DNA of 64,000 bases from Myxococcota bacterium (GTDB lineage: Bacteria; Myxococcota_A; SURF-8). The first letter of the stretch is position 1. Each line of letters begins with the position of its first letter. This document shows positions 53,150-62,738 of this stretch, one piece after another. The stretch lies in assembly GCA_963674735.2 (NCBI GenBank), contig CAXXQS010000002.1:2048001-2112000 (forward strand), in the 5' to 3' direction. The notes under the pieces were generated by a model that was given only the letters and a program-made list of their open reading frames with translations, was not told the DNA's origin and ran no database searches. The translations under genes were made by a program, and so were the position numbers.

Positions 53150-54240
53150 CGCGGCCTCTTTTCGAAGCTGCGCCGACGATCGCGTCTGGCCAGGCTACCG
53201 CGCAGGCGTTCGACCAGCGAACGGCGCGTCATCTCGACCAGCGAGGCCATTCCGATGGGCTTCGGAATTTGGGGAAGCAATCCGAAGGCGGTCGCGATTG
53301 CGGGGTCTTCCCAGTCGCTGTGGCGGTTGGGATAGCGGACGCCGTTGGAAGTGGTCACCACGCCCCCAGCTTCCAGAAAATGGCGCAGCGGATTTCCCGT
53401 GGGGCTTTCGAAACCGAACGACGGCAGGGCGAGCGCCATTTCCACATTGGGCAGCCAGTCCAAAGGGTAAGGTCTGGGTTTTGAATACAGTTCGACCGGG
53501 GGCGCAAAGACGTTGCCGAGCTTGGGGACGCTCTGCCGCGGGGTAGCGGAGACGCTGCCATCGGAATACACGGTTATGAAACGTCCGCCCGCCCAGGAGG
53601 GCAGACCCTTGACCGCCGGATCGGCGAAAAAGGCGCGTAACGTGGTGTCGGCGGCGAAACGCCATAACAACGTTTCCGATCGAAACGAGGACATCCGGTC
53701 CCAGGTGGCCAGACGTTCGGGGAAAATTCCCAGGGGAAAGCCGATATCGGCGAAGGTCTCGACCAGTTCGGCGAGACGGGGTTGGTCTTCCCGTTGCGGC
53801 GCCCACATCAAGGTGGCTTCCACCCCGCTATGGCGCAACTCGATCAGCCGTTCCAGCACCCAGGGTAGGTTTTCGGATATCGGTTTGTAAACCACGGTCA
53901 GATCGCAACGTTCGGGGATCAGGGGAACGCGACGCACAAAGGCTTGCTGCACGCCGTCGAACAGGGTGGAGACGACCAAATGAAAATGGGGATGATCGGA
54001 CAGGATGTCGATCAGGGTCAGCAGAGCGGGGTGATCGAGTTCGATGGGCTTTTGCAATTGCAGGCTGATGGGCCGTGGACCGAAAGCCCGTTCGAACGCG
54101 TCGATCCAGCGGCGGACGTCCTCCTCCCAGTTTGCGGCATCTTTTCCCGGCCAACGCCAGTCGATCCATAAACGCGGCATGGATGCCGGCTCGGCGGATG
54201 TTGATGAATTGGCGGAATCGGATTCGAGGTGTTCCGGCAC
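53146..54240 (-). CDS. Hypothetical protein resembling a radical SAM/twitch enzyme without its Cys ligands
   Basis: KG..SWAG.RFI.V..DG.V...LGNVF....L...P.P.P; one Cys in 364 aa; coupled to neighbours. Confidence 0.55.
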   Translation of the reverse strand: MPEHLESDSANSSTSAEPASMPRLWIDWRWPGKDAANWEEDVRRWIDAFERAFGPRPISLQLQKPIELDHPALLTLIDILSDHPHFHLVVSTLFDGVQQAFVRRVPLIPERCDLTVVYKPISENLPWVLERLIELRHSGVEATLMWAPQREDQPRLAELVETFADIGFPLGIFPERLATWDRMSSFRSETLLWRFAADTTLRAFFADPAVKGLPSWAGGRFITVYSDGSVSATPRQSVPKLGNVFAPPVELYSKPRPYPLDWLPNVEMALALPSFGFESPTGNPLRHFLEAGGVVTTSNGVRYPNRHSDWEDPAIATAFGLLPQIPKPIGMASLVEMTRRSLVERLRGSLARRDRRRSFEKRPR

Positions 54241-54261
54241 CGGTGAACTCCCTTGGGATCG

Positions 54262-55731
54262 TCAGCCGAGCAACGACCGGTAGGTGTCGAGGTAGTGGCT
54301 GGCGGTGTGATCCCAGGTGAAACTCTGCTCCATCGCACGTTTGGTAATGCGCTTGAACATCTTTTTGTTTTTGTAAAACGAGACGGCGCGCCAGACGGTT
54401 TTGAGCAGTTCCGTGGAATCGTAGGTGGAAAAGCGAAAACCCCAGCCATCGCTGCCGGTTTCGTCCACATCCTTGACGCTATCGGCCAGTCCGCCGGTGG
54501 CACGCACGATGGGAACCGCGCCGTAGCGCATGGCGTACATCTGGTGGGTGCCGCAGGGTTCGAAGCGACTCGGCATCAGCAGAAAGTCGGATCCGGCCAT
54601 AATCGTGTGAGCGATGCGATTCGACTCGATCAGGTTCAGGCCGAACTTGTGCGGGAAGCGCATCTTGATGCTTTCGAACAGCTTATGGTATTTCGGATCG
54701 CCGGTGCCCATCATCACCAGAGTCAGATCGAAGGACATCAGCTTGTCGAATACCGGGCGCAACAGATCGAAGCCCTGGCTGTCGGTCAGACGGGTGATCA
54801 TGCCGATGGTGGGAATGTCCAGATTCGAGGAATCGAGGCCGTTGCGCGCCAGCAGTTCCTTTTTGCAGGCCCGTTTGCCGGTCATGTTGGCCGGGCTGAA
54901 GTTTTCGACGATCAGCTCGTCGCTTTTCGGTTCCCAGGCGCTGTAATCGACGCCGTTGAGGATGCCGATGTAGTCGTCGCCGCGACCGGCGAGTTCGGGT
55001 TGCAAGCCATACCCCTGTTCGGGATCGCTGCGGGTTTCCTCCGCGTACTGCGTGCTGACGGTCACCACCTTGTCGGCGAACAAAACCCCGGCCTTGAGAT
55101 AATTGAGGCGGCTGTTGCGCCGGTAGGGGCCGTCGGGCTCGAAAAGCGACGGTGACAAGCCGATGGTGTCGGCAAACGTTTCTTCGCAATCTCCCTGAAA
55201 CGCCACATTGTGCATGGTCAGCAGGGTCTTGGACTGCTCCAGCGCCGTCGCGTCACCCAAGCCGGATTTGAGCATGGCGGGTAAAAGGGCAGTGTGGTGA
55301 TCGTTGACGTGCAGCAGATCGAAAGCCGGTTTCACTTGAGCGGCCCAACCGATAACCGCTTTTTGGAAAAAAGCGAAGCGCCGGGGGTTGTCGGCGAAAC
55401 CGATACCGTTCGAGGGATTGGTGTAAATGCCGTCGCGACCGAAGAAAGTGTCGTTTTCAATAAAGATAACGGGAACATCGGTGCCGGGCAGGGTGGCGTA
55501 GTGGAAGCGTGCGGGGTGGGTTTCGTGGCCGAGGCGCACCTCCGTCTTCGCCGGGTATTCGCAGGGGTTGATTTCCGTTACCTTGCGGTTTATCTGGCGA
55601 TAAAGCGGTGTGATAATGGTGACATCCAGTCCTTCACGACGCAAGGCGGCCGGGACGCGGGCGGAAAACTCGGCCAGGCCGCCAACATGCGAGAAGGGGA
55701 TTAACTCGGCTGTACAAAACAGAATTCTCAC
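54262..55731 (-). CDS. glgA: Glycogen/starch synthase (GT5), with motif substitutions
   Basis: VGGLA, HVND, TMHN..FQG, TVS..YA.E, GILNG.D, PSRFEPCG, TGGLAD. Confidence 0.92.
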   Translation of the reverse strand: MRILFCTAELIPFSHVGGLAEFSARVPAALRREGLDVTIITPLYRQINRKVTEINPCEYPAKTEVRLGHETHPARFHYATLPGTDVPVIFIENDTFFGRDGIYTNPSNGIGFADNPRRFAFFQKAVIGWAAQVKPAFDLLHVNDHHTALLPAMLKSGLGDATALEQSKTLLTMHNVAFQGDCEETFADTIGLSPSLFEPDGPYRRNSRLNYLKAGVLFADKVVTVSTQYAEETRSDPEQGYGLQPELAGRGDDYIGILNGVDYSAWEPKSDELIVENFSPANMTGKRACKKELLARNGLDSSNLDIPTIGMITRLTDSQGFDLLRPVFDKLMSFDLTLVMMGTGDPKYHKLFESIKMRFPHKFGLNLIESNRIAHTIMAGSDFLLMPSRFEPCGTHQMYAMRYGAVPIVRATGGLADSVKDVDETGSDGWGFRFSTYDSTELLKTVWRAVSFYKNKKMFKRITKRAMEQSFTWDHTASHYLDTYRSLLG

Positions 55732-55755
55732 TTTGCACTCCTTTGCGCCTGTCCG

Positions 55756-56790
55756 CTACAGGTGTTGGATGCGGACTTCCCGCAGGTATTGCGCGGCCGT
55801 CTCCGGCGCAACTGGATTGATGTGGAACCCCGTGCCCCATTCGAAACCGGCGATGCGGGTCAAACGGGGGAAAATTTCGAAATGCCAATGGAAATCCGCA
55901 TCGATTGTCTGCCAATAACCCCGCTTGGCTCCGGAAGCGGGATTCGGCGACGTGTGCAGAATCAGGTTGTAGGGCGGAGCGTTCAGCGCGACGCGCATGC
56001 GCTCGAGAATATCGCCCAGGGTTCGCGACAAGGCCCCCAAAAGCGTGTCTGTCGCCAGCCGGTAATCGTGTTGGTGTCGACGCGGGTAGACATGCATCTC
56101 GAAAGGCACGCGCGAGGCGTAGGGGCAGAAAGCCACGATCTGGTCGTCCATGGCCACGATCCGGCTACCGTCGCTGATCTCCTGTTCCACGACGTCGCAG
56201 TAAAGGCAGCGTTCTTTCTGGTCGTAGTGCTCGTAGGCGCTACGCAACTCGGTGGCGACGATGCGCGGCGTGATCGGGGTGGCGATGACCTGACTGTGCG
56301 GGTGGGGCAGGGTGGCTCCCGCCTGTTCTCCGAAATTGCGGAAAACCATCACGTAGCGCAGGCGTCGGTCGAGCATCAGATCCTGCACGCGCTCGCGGTA
56401 AACCTGCAGCAGTTGTCGGCGATGGTCCTGTGCCAGATCGGGTAGATCGTGATCGTGAGCGGGGGTTTCGATGATGACTTCGTGGGCGCCGATGCCGTTG
56501 ACGCGATCGTAAATTCCCACGGCTTTGGGATCCAACTCTCCTTCGACCTGCAGGGCCGGGTATTTGTTGGGCACCACTCGGATGCGCCAGTCCTGCCCGT
56601 TCTGTAACGGTCCATCGGGACCGAAAACGCGAATGGGTTTAGGGGTTTTCTCTTCATTGCCGGGACAGAAGGGGCAGAAGATCGTTTTTTTCGAAGGTGC
56701 GGATTCGTAGAGGTCTTGGGGTCGCCGTCCTCGCTCCGTTGCGATGATTACCCATTGTTTCTGGATCGGATCCAGCCGTAATTCCGGCAT
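55756..56790 (-). CDS. galT: GalT-family hexose-1-phosphate nucleotidyltransferase
   Basis: R..RP, CPFCPGNE, NKYP, G.HEVII, HPHSQ, AGFEWGTG..IN. Confidence 0.93.
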   Translation of the reverse strand: MPELRLDPIQKQWVIIATERGRRPQDLYESAPSKKTIFCPFCPGNEEKTPKPIRVFGPDGPLQNGQDWRIRVVPNKYPALQVEGELDPKAVGIYDRVNGIGAHEVIIETPAHDHDLPDLAQDHRRQLLQVYRERVQDLMLDRRLRYVMVFRNFGEQAGATLPHPHSQVIATPITPRIVATELRSAYEHYDQKERCLYCDVVEQEISDGSRIVAMDDQIVAFCPYASRVPFEMHVYPRRHQHDYRLATDTLLGALSRTLGDILERMRVALNAPPYNLILHTSPNPASGAKRGYWQTIDADFHWHFEIFPRLTRIAGFEWGTGFHINPVAPETAAQYLREVRIQHL

Positions 56791-57029
56791 CCGGTTCCTC
56801 GCTTCCCCTCGATAGATTCAAACGGGTAGATGCTGTCGCCATCGGCTATGGCGGGTATCCACGTGATGATATCCCGCCTGACCGTGACCGTACAGACCCT
56901 TGCGTGCGTGTTGCAAGGGGCAATCACGTCCAGCGATGGATCGGCTTTCCCTTGCCCACCTATTATGCCATCCCGTCACGCGGTTGCAAGGAAAATTGCC
57001 GGTACATCCGTTAAAAACCGGTTTGGGCG

Positions 57030-57872
57030 CTACTTTTTCTTCGGTAGGTTTTCCCTGGTTTTCTGCTGCTGTTTCTTGAGTATTTCCTTAACCTTTTCGC
57101 GCTCGCCCTCCGGGGCTGTGCGCAGAAGGTTTTCCAGCATCTTGTGGCTGCGATCTTTGTCGACCGGTTTGCCTTTCACGATGTCGAATACCGGACGTAC
57201 CAGGGGGAATTTTCGTTGTTCCATGATCCGATTGGCCAGATCGATGGGATCGATGGCGGGGTCCACCACGCGGAACAGAGCCTTATCTGGCGGCAGACTG
57301 CGCACGAAGACCAGGGGAAAGCTTTCTTCGATTGCGGGGGCATCTTGTGGAGTGGGCGCGTGATCGAAGCTGATTTCCAGCAGGCCGTCCGGCACATACA
57401 GGTCTTTCAGCTTTTTCTCGTTGGTGTACATGTAAACCGGTCGGATATCGTCGATTTCGGGACGTGACTTCACGTACTTGGACAGGGCTTTCCATTTGGT
57501 CTGCGTGGCACCCGGCATCAGGCGCAACAGGTAGATGTTTTTCTCCACCAGAGCCGGGTCGATGACTTCCGATACCACGAGGCGAATGTTTTTATACATC
57601 TCCCTGCGTTGTTCTTTGGTGGGATTTTTTTCTCGGAAACACAGGCCGATGAAGCCCAGATCCTGCTGAAGCATCTGTTTGCCGTCTTCCGTGTGGAAGA
57701 AAACCTGGCGTCCCGGTTCCGTCTTTTTGGGTGCTTGCTGCGGGAGTGCAATGGGCATTTTGGAGGGATCGACCTGAGCGTAAGCCGGAAAACTGCTGAT
57801 GAACAGGGCGCAGGCCAGTAGACATACGACCCAGCTTGGAACGTGGTTGGTTATCGTTGAGGGTTGCACCAT
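57030..57872 (-). CDS. Secreted hypothetical protein, possibly subtilase pro-domain-like
   Basis: Signal peptide ending AYA; AAGGAG RBS. Confidence 0.7.
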   Translation of the reverse strand: MVQPSTITNHVPSWVVCLLACALFISSFPAYAQVDPSKMPIALPQQAPKKTEPGRQVFFHTEDGKQMLQQDLGFIGLCFREKNPTKEQRREMYKNIRLVVSEVIDPALVEKNIYLLRLMPGATQTKWKALSKYVKSRPEIDDIRPVYMYTNEKKLKDLYVPDGLLEISFDHAPTPQDAPAIEESFPLVFVRSLPPDKALFRVVDPAIDPIDLANRIMEQRKFPLVRPVFDIVKGKPVDKDRSHKMLENLLRTAPEGEREKVKEILKKQQQKTRENLPKKK

Positions 57873-57946
57873 CGCGATCACTCCTTATTTTCACCCTGGA
57901 ATAAGCTGTTCGGGAATCGCCGCGTGGACCGATCTCCCGACTAAAT

Positions 57947-57973
57947 AAAACCCCCCTCGATCACGAGGGGGGT
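57947..57973 (-). terminator. Intrinsic terminator
   Basis: ACCCCCCTCG/CGAGGGGGGT stem plus U-tract. Confidence 0.8.
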
Positions 57974-58014
57974 ATCTCAGATAACAAGGGGCCGTAGGTG
58001 GATTATTCCTCGCT

Positions 58015-59364
58015 TTAGGCTTCAGTCTCGGCTTCGGCTTCATCCTCGACGGCTTCGGCTTCGGCTTCAACCTCGGCTTCGGCTTCAACCTCGACTTCAG
58101 CTTCAACCTCGACTTCAGCTTCGGCCTCGACTTCAACTTCGACCTCAGCCTCGACTTCGGCTTCCATCAGTTCGAGTTCGAGATCGCCGTCGGTCTCGCC
58201 ATCGACATCACCGTCTGTTTCACCATCGGTATCGCCGTCGACTCCTTCTTCCTGATAGTAGAAAGGTTCGTCGACGCACCAGCATTCCGTCGGACGGGGA
58301 TGGATCAGCTTGTCGGTGCCTTCGTCGCAGGTGTCGCCGCTGCCGCATTCATCGGCGCAGATGCTGTAAGCGCAGTAGCCGTCGGCGGCGCAGTAGCGGT
58401 TGGGGCCCCATTCGTCGGCCGGACAGTCGGAGACGTCCGTGCAGTCCGTGCTTTGGCCTTCGTTGTATTTCACGCAGGTGAGGCCGCGTTTGCAGTAATC
58501 GTACTGCGTCTCCGGGCCTTCGATGGCGTCGGCGGGGATCGGATTGCAGATGTCGCCCATTTCGGCGTCACCGGTAACGTCCGGCTCGAAGAAGCCCGCC
58601 ATGTAAGGACCGCAGTAGCAGCTACCCGAAACATCGCCGGGATACATGGGGAAGTCCACGCCGTCGAGTGTGGGGCATTCGCCGTTAAACAGGCAGGGCA
58701 CCACGCAGAAGGAGAAGCCGCACTCGCCGCCCGTGCACCAGCCCAGCTCGCCCAGCTCGGGGCCGTAGTTGCCTTCGAGGACACGCTGGCAGGCTTCGTT
58801 GGTTTCACAGGTGACACCGGTGAGGGTCAACGCGATGCAGGAATCACCGGGGTTGCAGGAGTAACCCGGCCACATACCCGAGAATTCACATTGCTTGCCC
58901 GGCAAGGACGCGGGATTGGTTTTCAGACACTTGGCCATCGGCTGGCAGTATTTCTGCTCGGCGTCGCCCATAGCGCTGCAGTAATAACCGTCGGGACAAT
59001 CGGCACCGGTGCTGCATTCGGCCAGGCAGAATTTGCCGTCGTTGCCGCTGAGGTCCGACACGTCCATGCAGGCTTCGCCTTCGCCGCAGTAGTACGAGGC
59101 ATAATCGTCATTGCAGGGGGCGCAACTGATTTTCTCGCAAGTGCCTGTTTCGGTGTTGCAGTAAAGACCTTGATCTTTGTAGCAAAGGTTATCGCAGTCT
59201 TCGACCGGATCGTCGCCGTCGACCGGCTGATCGCCGTCCGTGCTCGTATCATCGTCACCGTCGGGGATAAGATTGTCGTCATCACTGCCGCAACCGTAAA
59301 CGGTCATCGCGAGGACCGCGACCAACATCACCAGCAATCCCAATAAAGTCCAGCGCTTCCGCAT
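58015..59364 (-). CDS. Cys-rich lipoprotein with DGD repeats and (EA/EV)n tail
   Basis: Lipobox VYGC; AGGAGG RBS; Cys-rich body. Confidence 0.85.
   Translation of the reverse strand: MRKRWTLLGLLVMLVAVLAMTVYGCGSDDDNLIPDGDDDTSTDGDQPVDGDDPVEDCDNLCYKDQGLYCNTETGTCEKISCAPCNDDYASYYCGEGEACMDVSDLSGNDGKFCLAECSTGADCPDGYYCSAMGDAEQKYCQPMAKCLKTNPASLPGKQCEFSGMWPGYSCNPGDSCIALTLTGVTCETNEACQRVLEGNYGPELGELGWCTGGECGFSFCVVPCLFNGECPTLDGVDFPMYPGDVSGSCYCGPYMAGFFEPDVTGDAEMGDICNPIPADAIEGPETQYDYCKRGLTCVKYNEGQSTDCTDVSDCPADEWGPNRYCAADGYCAYSICADECGSGDTCDEGTDKLIHPRPTECWCVDEPFYYQEEGVDGDTDGETDGDVDGETDGDLELELMEAEVEAEVEVEVEAEAEVEVEAEVEVEAEAEVEAEAEAVEDEAEAETEA
58018..58163 (-). repeat. 6-bp coding repeat (GAAGCC/GAAGTC; Glu-Ala/Val)
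   Basis: Directly visible. Confidence 0.9.
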
Positions 59365-59448
59365 TGTGATAGTCCTCCTTAGAGTCTCATCCGCCAGTTT
59401 GGAGTGATAGGGTAACTCGAGGTGGCAGACGCCATTGAACGTCGACCC

Positions 59449-59477
59449 ACTCTATGTTCGCTCTTGTGGGTTGTCAA
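59449..59477 (-). promoter_or_regulatory. Sigma70-type promoter
   Basis: TTGACA-17 nt-TAGAGT on the minus strand. Confidence 0.6.
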
Positions 59478-59573
59478 GCAATTTTAACGCTTCTTTAATG
59501 TCTTTGGGGTAATTGATCGCTCTGTCTGGAACGCGCCGAGGAGGGGGGGCCGGAGAAGCTTTGTGCGAAAAAC

Positions 59574-59601
59574 TTGACAGACCCGGCCAGTACGCTAGGA
59601 T
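59574..59601 (+). promoter_or_regulatory. Sigma70-type promoter
   Basis: TTGACA-16 nt-TAGGAT. Confidence 0.55.
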
Positions 59602-59693
59602 TAAACGATACGGACTCGTCGCCTCGAACGCCATGACTACCGATTCGGTGGGGGTGGCGGACCGACAACGGCTAATTTTAAGGAGTGATGTCT

Positions 59694-60188
59694 ATGACAC
59701 GGCAGATGCAACGCACGTTTTGGGGTTTTTGGGTCGTGATCGCGATTTTAGGGATGAGCTCTCTGGTTTTCGCGCAAATGAAAACGCCCAGCCCGCTCGA
59801 TAAGTCGGATAGCACGGACGAAGAAGGCTATGAAGACGAAGAAGAAGACGCCGGTGGAATTCACTACGAGGAAAAAGTGGTAACCGAGCTGGACCGCTCT
59901 ACCATCCAGAGCGTCATTAAAAAACGAAACACCAGTATCCTGTATTGCTACGAAAAAGAACTTCAGACCAATCAGGATTTGCGCGGTCGCGTCGTGATCA
60001 ACTTCACCATTCAACTTGACGGCAAGGTAAAGGGTGTCAAAGTGGTGTCCGACAAAACGACGTTGAAAGACAAGAAAGTATCGGACTGCGTACTCGATAT
60101 CATGAAATCGCTGGCCTTTCCGTCGCGCAAAGCCGGGGAGCCGATCGAGATCAATTATCCGTTCAAGTTCGAGCCGAAAGCCAAGTAA
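59694..60188 (+). CDS. AgmX/PglI (TonB-C-like) domain protein
   Basis: I..CYEKEL....LRGRV...F.I..DG.V...C.....FP....INYPF.F. Confidence 0.88.
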   Translation: MTRQMQRTFWGFWVVIAILGMSSLVFAQMKTPSPLDKSDSTDEEGYEDEEEDAGGIHYEEKVVTELDRSTIQSVIKKRNTSILYCYEKELQTNQDLRGRVVINFTIQLDGKVKGVKVVSDKTTLKDKKVSDCVLDIMKSLAFPSRKAGEPIEINYPFKFEPKAK

Positions 60189-60211
60189 AGTTAGAGTCTT
60201 CCGATTGTTTG

Positions 60212-60242
60212 CGCCGCGTTCTGCGCGGCGTTTTTCCTTTTT
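60212..60242 (+). terminator. Intrinsic terminator
   Basis: CGCCGCG/CGCGGCG stem plus U-tract. Confidence 0.7.
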
Positions 60243-60260
60243 CAACTCGGGCAGGAAAAC

Positions 60261-60740
60261 ATGCTGCGTGACAGGTCCGCCGTGTGGAGGGGAATTTTCG
60301 CAGTGGTATGGGTGTGTGTGGGAATCGCCGCTTGCGACGATCCTCCCGCGCGTCCGGCCGTTCCGACCCCCTTGCCGTCGCAGGTTGCACCGGAAACACC
60401 GGCCACAGCCGGTTGGCTCGACTTCGATCCGACCAAGTTGAGGAGCGCCGGAGGCATGGATCCGGCCGTTTTCACGCGTGTCATGCAGAAACGCCGCTCG
60501 TCTTTCAAAGTGTGTTATCGCAAAGCGCTGGCCGATAATCCGCAGGCGCAGGGCGACTTGACGCTGCGTTTTACCGTGTCGCCCACCGGCCGGGTCGCCC
60601 AGGTCGAACGGGTGGGGTTGGGGATCGAGCATGCGGCCATGGAAAGTTGCGTGCTACGGGTCGTCCGACGCATCCAGTTCCCGCCGCTCGATGGCAAGAC
60701 TCGTGTAACATTTGAATATCCCTTGCAATTTTATCCATAG
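60261..60740 (+). CDS. AgmX/PglI domain lipoprotein
   Basis: Lipobox IAAC; CY..AL..NP..QG...F.V...G.V...CV....FP..YPL.F. Confidence 0.85.
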   Translation: MLRDRSAVWRGIFAVVWVCVGIAACDDPPARPAVPTPLPSQVAPETPATAGWLDFDPTKLRSAGGMDPAVFTRVMQKRRSSFKVCYRKALADNPQAQGDLTLRFTVSPTGRVAQVERVGLGIEHAAMESCVLRVVRRIQFPPLDGKTRVTFEYPLQFYP

Positions 60741-60749
60741 GAATTGTCG

Positions 60750-62156
60750 ATGGCCCGCGCCGCATGGATTGCCATTTGGATGTGTTGGCTGTGCGCCACG
60801 GCCTTAGCTGCGCCGCGAGAACGGCTCTATGTGTTTCCCGTCGCGGCAAAGACCGATCTTTTGCCCGAAACGGAACGCGGTTATGCCGATGAGATCCTGC
60901 AAGAGGAAATGGCCGCCTTGTTTTGGCTGGAGGTGTGGACTCCGCCGACGCTGGCCGATCATCTGGGGGCTGCGGCGGCGAAAAAAGTGCTGGCCTGTCA
61001 AACACCGGCCTGCGCGCTGCCCCTGCTCAAACGCCACGGCGTGACACGGGCGGTCGTCTTGCGGGTGGAGCGTCCCCGGCGGCGTGTCTTTGCCATTCGC
61101 GCGGCGATTCTATCCGCCACGGGCCGGACCCTGACCCAGGTCGAACGGGAAGAGCGCGGCGGGGCGGGGGAAGTCAAGTATGCCATGCCCGGCTTGATCG
61201 AGCGTTTGTTTGCCGAAGAAATCGCCGCCAACAGCCGCTTTGTCACCGCTGTGGTGGAAACCACCGACATCAGCGCCGGGGCTGCCGACGATCTGCTGGC
61301 CGAGGCTGGCGCGATGAGCGCCCAGGGCAATCCAGACGAGGCCCGCAAGCTTTACCGACGCGCCGCCGAACGGGATTCGGCTCTGGCGGCTCCCTGGTTA
61401 CGACTGGCGGAACTGTCCTTGGCGGACGGCGCGCACAAACAGGCTCTGAACGAAGCTCGTCAGGCCGTCAAGCGAGACGATCGTGACGCGCGCATCTTCG
61501 TGGTGCTGGGGCAGGCGTTTCAGGGAGTCGGACAAACGCGCGAGGCCGAGAAGCGCTACAAGCAAGCCCTCAAGCTGGATGCGCGCAACCTGGAGAGTCA
61601 TTTGCATCTGGCGCGGCTGTATGCGGAGGCCGGTAAGAACGACCCGGCGCGGACCCACTTCGAACGGGCGCGCGAACTGGCTCCCGACTCGGCCGAGCTG
61701 CTGGTCAATCTGGGTTTGGCCTATCGTGCTCTCAATCGCAACGACGATGCCCTCGAAGCGCTTCAGGCGGCCATCGAACGCGATCCCAAACTGGCGGCGG
61801 CCTATCCGCCCCTGGCCGATATCGCCGAGGAAAACAAAGACTTCGCTCTGGCTTCCGACAGTTACGCCGCGTTGACCGAATTGCTACCCGATTGCGCTCC
61901 TTGTTACTACAATCATGGGCGCGTTCTGGAGCAACTCGACGATGGCGAAGCCGCGGCCGGCGCTTATCGGCGTACTATTGAACTTGACGAGACCTTCCAA
62001 GATGCGTATTACAATCTGGGAGTGTTGCTCTTTCGCGCGGACGAACGGTCCGAGGCGAAGCGCTGGTTGAGTGCCTATGTCGAGCGTGAGGACCGTCCCG
62101 ATCAGGCGGCGTTTGTCAAAGAGGCGCGGCGGCTACTGCGCGCAGCGGCGCACTGA
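60750..62156 (+). CDS. Secreted tetratricopeptide-repeat protein
   Basis: Signal peptide; repeated TPR units (NLG.AY...A...AI..DP). Confidence 0.88.
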   Translation: MARAAWIAIWMCWLCATALAAPRERLYVFPVAAKTDLLPETERGYADEILQEEMAALFWLEVWTPPTLADHLGAAAAKKVLACQTPACALPLLKRHGVTRAVVLRVERPRRRVFAIRAAILSATGRTLTQVEREERGGAGEVKYAMPGLIERLFAEEIAANSRFVTAVVETTDISAGAADDLLAEAGAMSAQGNPDEARKLYRRAAERDSALAAPWLRLAELSLADGAHKQALNEARQAVKRDDRDARIFVVLGQAFQGVGQTREAEKRYKQALKLDARNLESHLHLARLYAEAGKNDPARTHFERARELAPDSAELLVNLGLAYRALNRNDDALEALQAAIERDPKLAAAYPPLADIAEENKDFALASDSYAALTELLPDCAPCYYNHGRVLEQLDDGEAAAGAYRRTIELDETFQDAYYNLGVLLFRADERSEAKRWLSAYVEREDRPDQAAFVKEARRLLRAAAH

Positions 62157-62213
62157 AGCGGGTTCCAGCGGAAAATTGGATTGAAAATCGGTATGACTGA
62201 CAGGAGCTTCAGA

Positions 62214-62705
62214 ATGAAAACGTGGTGCATCGGAGTGGCGGCAATGATGGGGTGTTTGGTGGTTCTGGCGGCGTGTAGCAGCGAGCCGGATTATAGCGCC
62301 GAATACAAGTGGCTGGCGGAACGCACCGACCAGTTTCTCAACCTCTACAGCGTTGCCTACAACAAAGTCAACACGCTGCAGGGCGGCGTGCACCCCTGTA
62401 CCAAAGGGCACAAGGCCGAGCAGGCGGCGTTGTTTCATGCCGTCTTGAACAGCCTGCATGCGTCCTTTGCGAGTTTCCAATCCGATGTGAACACAAAACT
62501 CGGTAAAATGGCCGAAACCGATAGCCGGATCAAAACCCTCCTTTCCACGGTGGACCGGTTGGCCACTCCCTTCATCCGAGCGAGCGACCTGACCCAATGC
62601 GGCAAGTTGGACAAAGCCGGAGCCAAGGCGCGTTTCTACCTGCAAAGTCCGCTGGAAACCCAGGCGGCGGTCAAGCGTTTCCGGGAGAGCATCGACGGCG
62701 ACTAA
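62214..62705 (+). CDS. Hypothetical lipoprotein
   Basis: Lipobox LAAC; AGGAG RBS. Confidence 0.72.
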   Translation: MKTWCIGVAAMMGCLVVLAACSSEPDYSAEYKWLAERTDQFLNLYSVAYNKVNTLQGGVHPCTKGHKAEQAALFHAVLNSLHASFASFQSDVNTKLGKMAETDSRIKTLLSTVDRLATPFIRASDLTQCGKLDKAGAKARFYLQSPLETQAAVKRFRESIDGD

Positions 62706-62738
62706 AGCCGACGCCTCGCGCGGCAGTAAGGAATTCCC

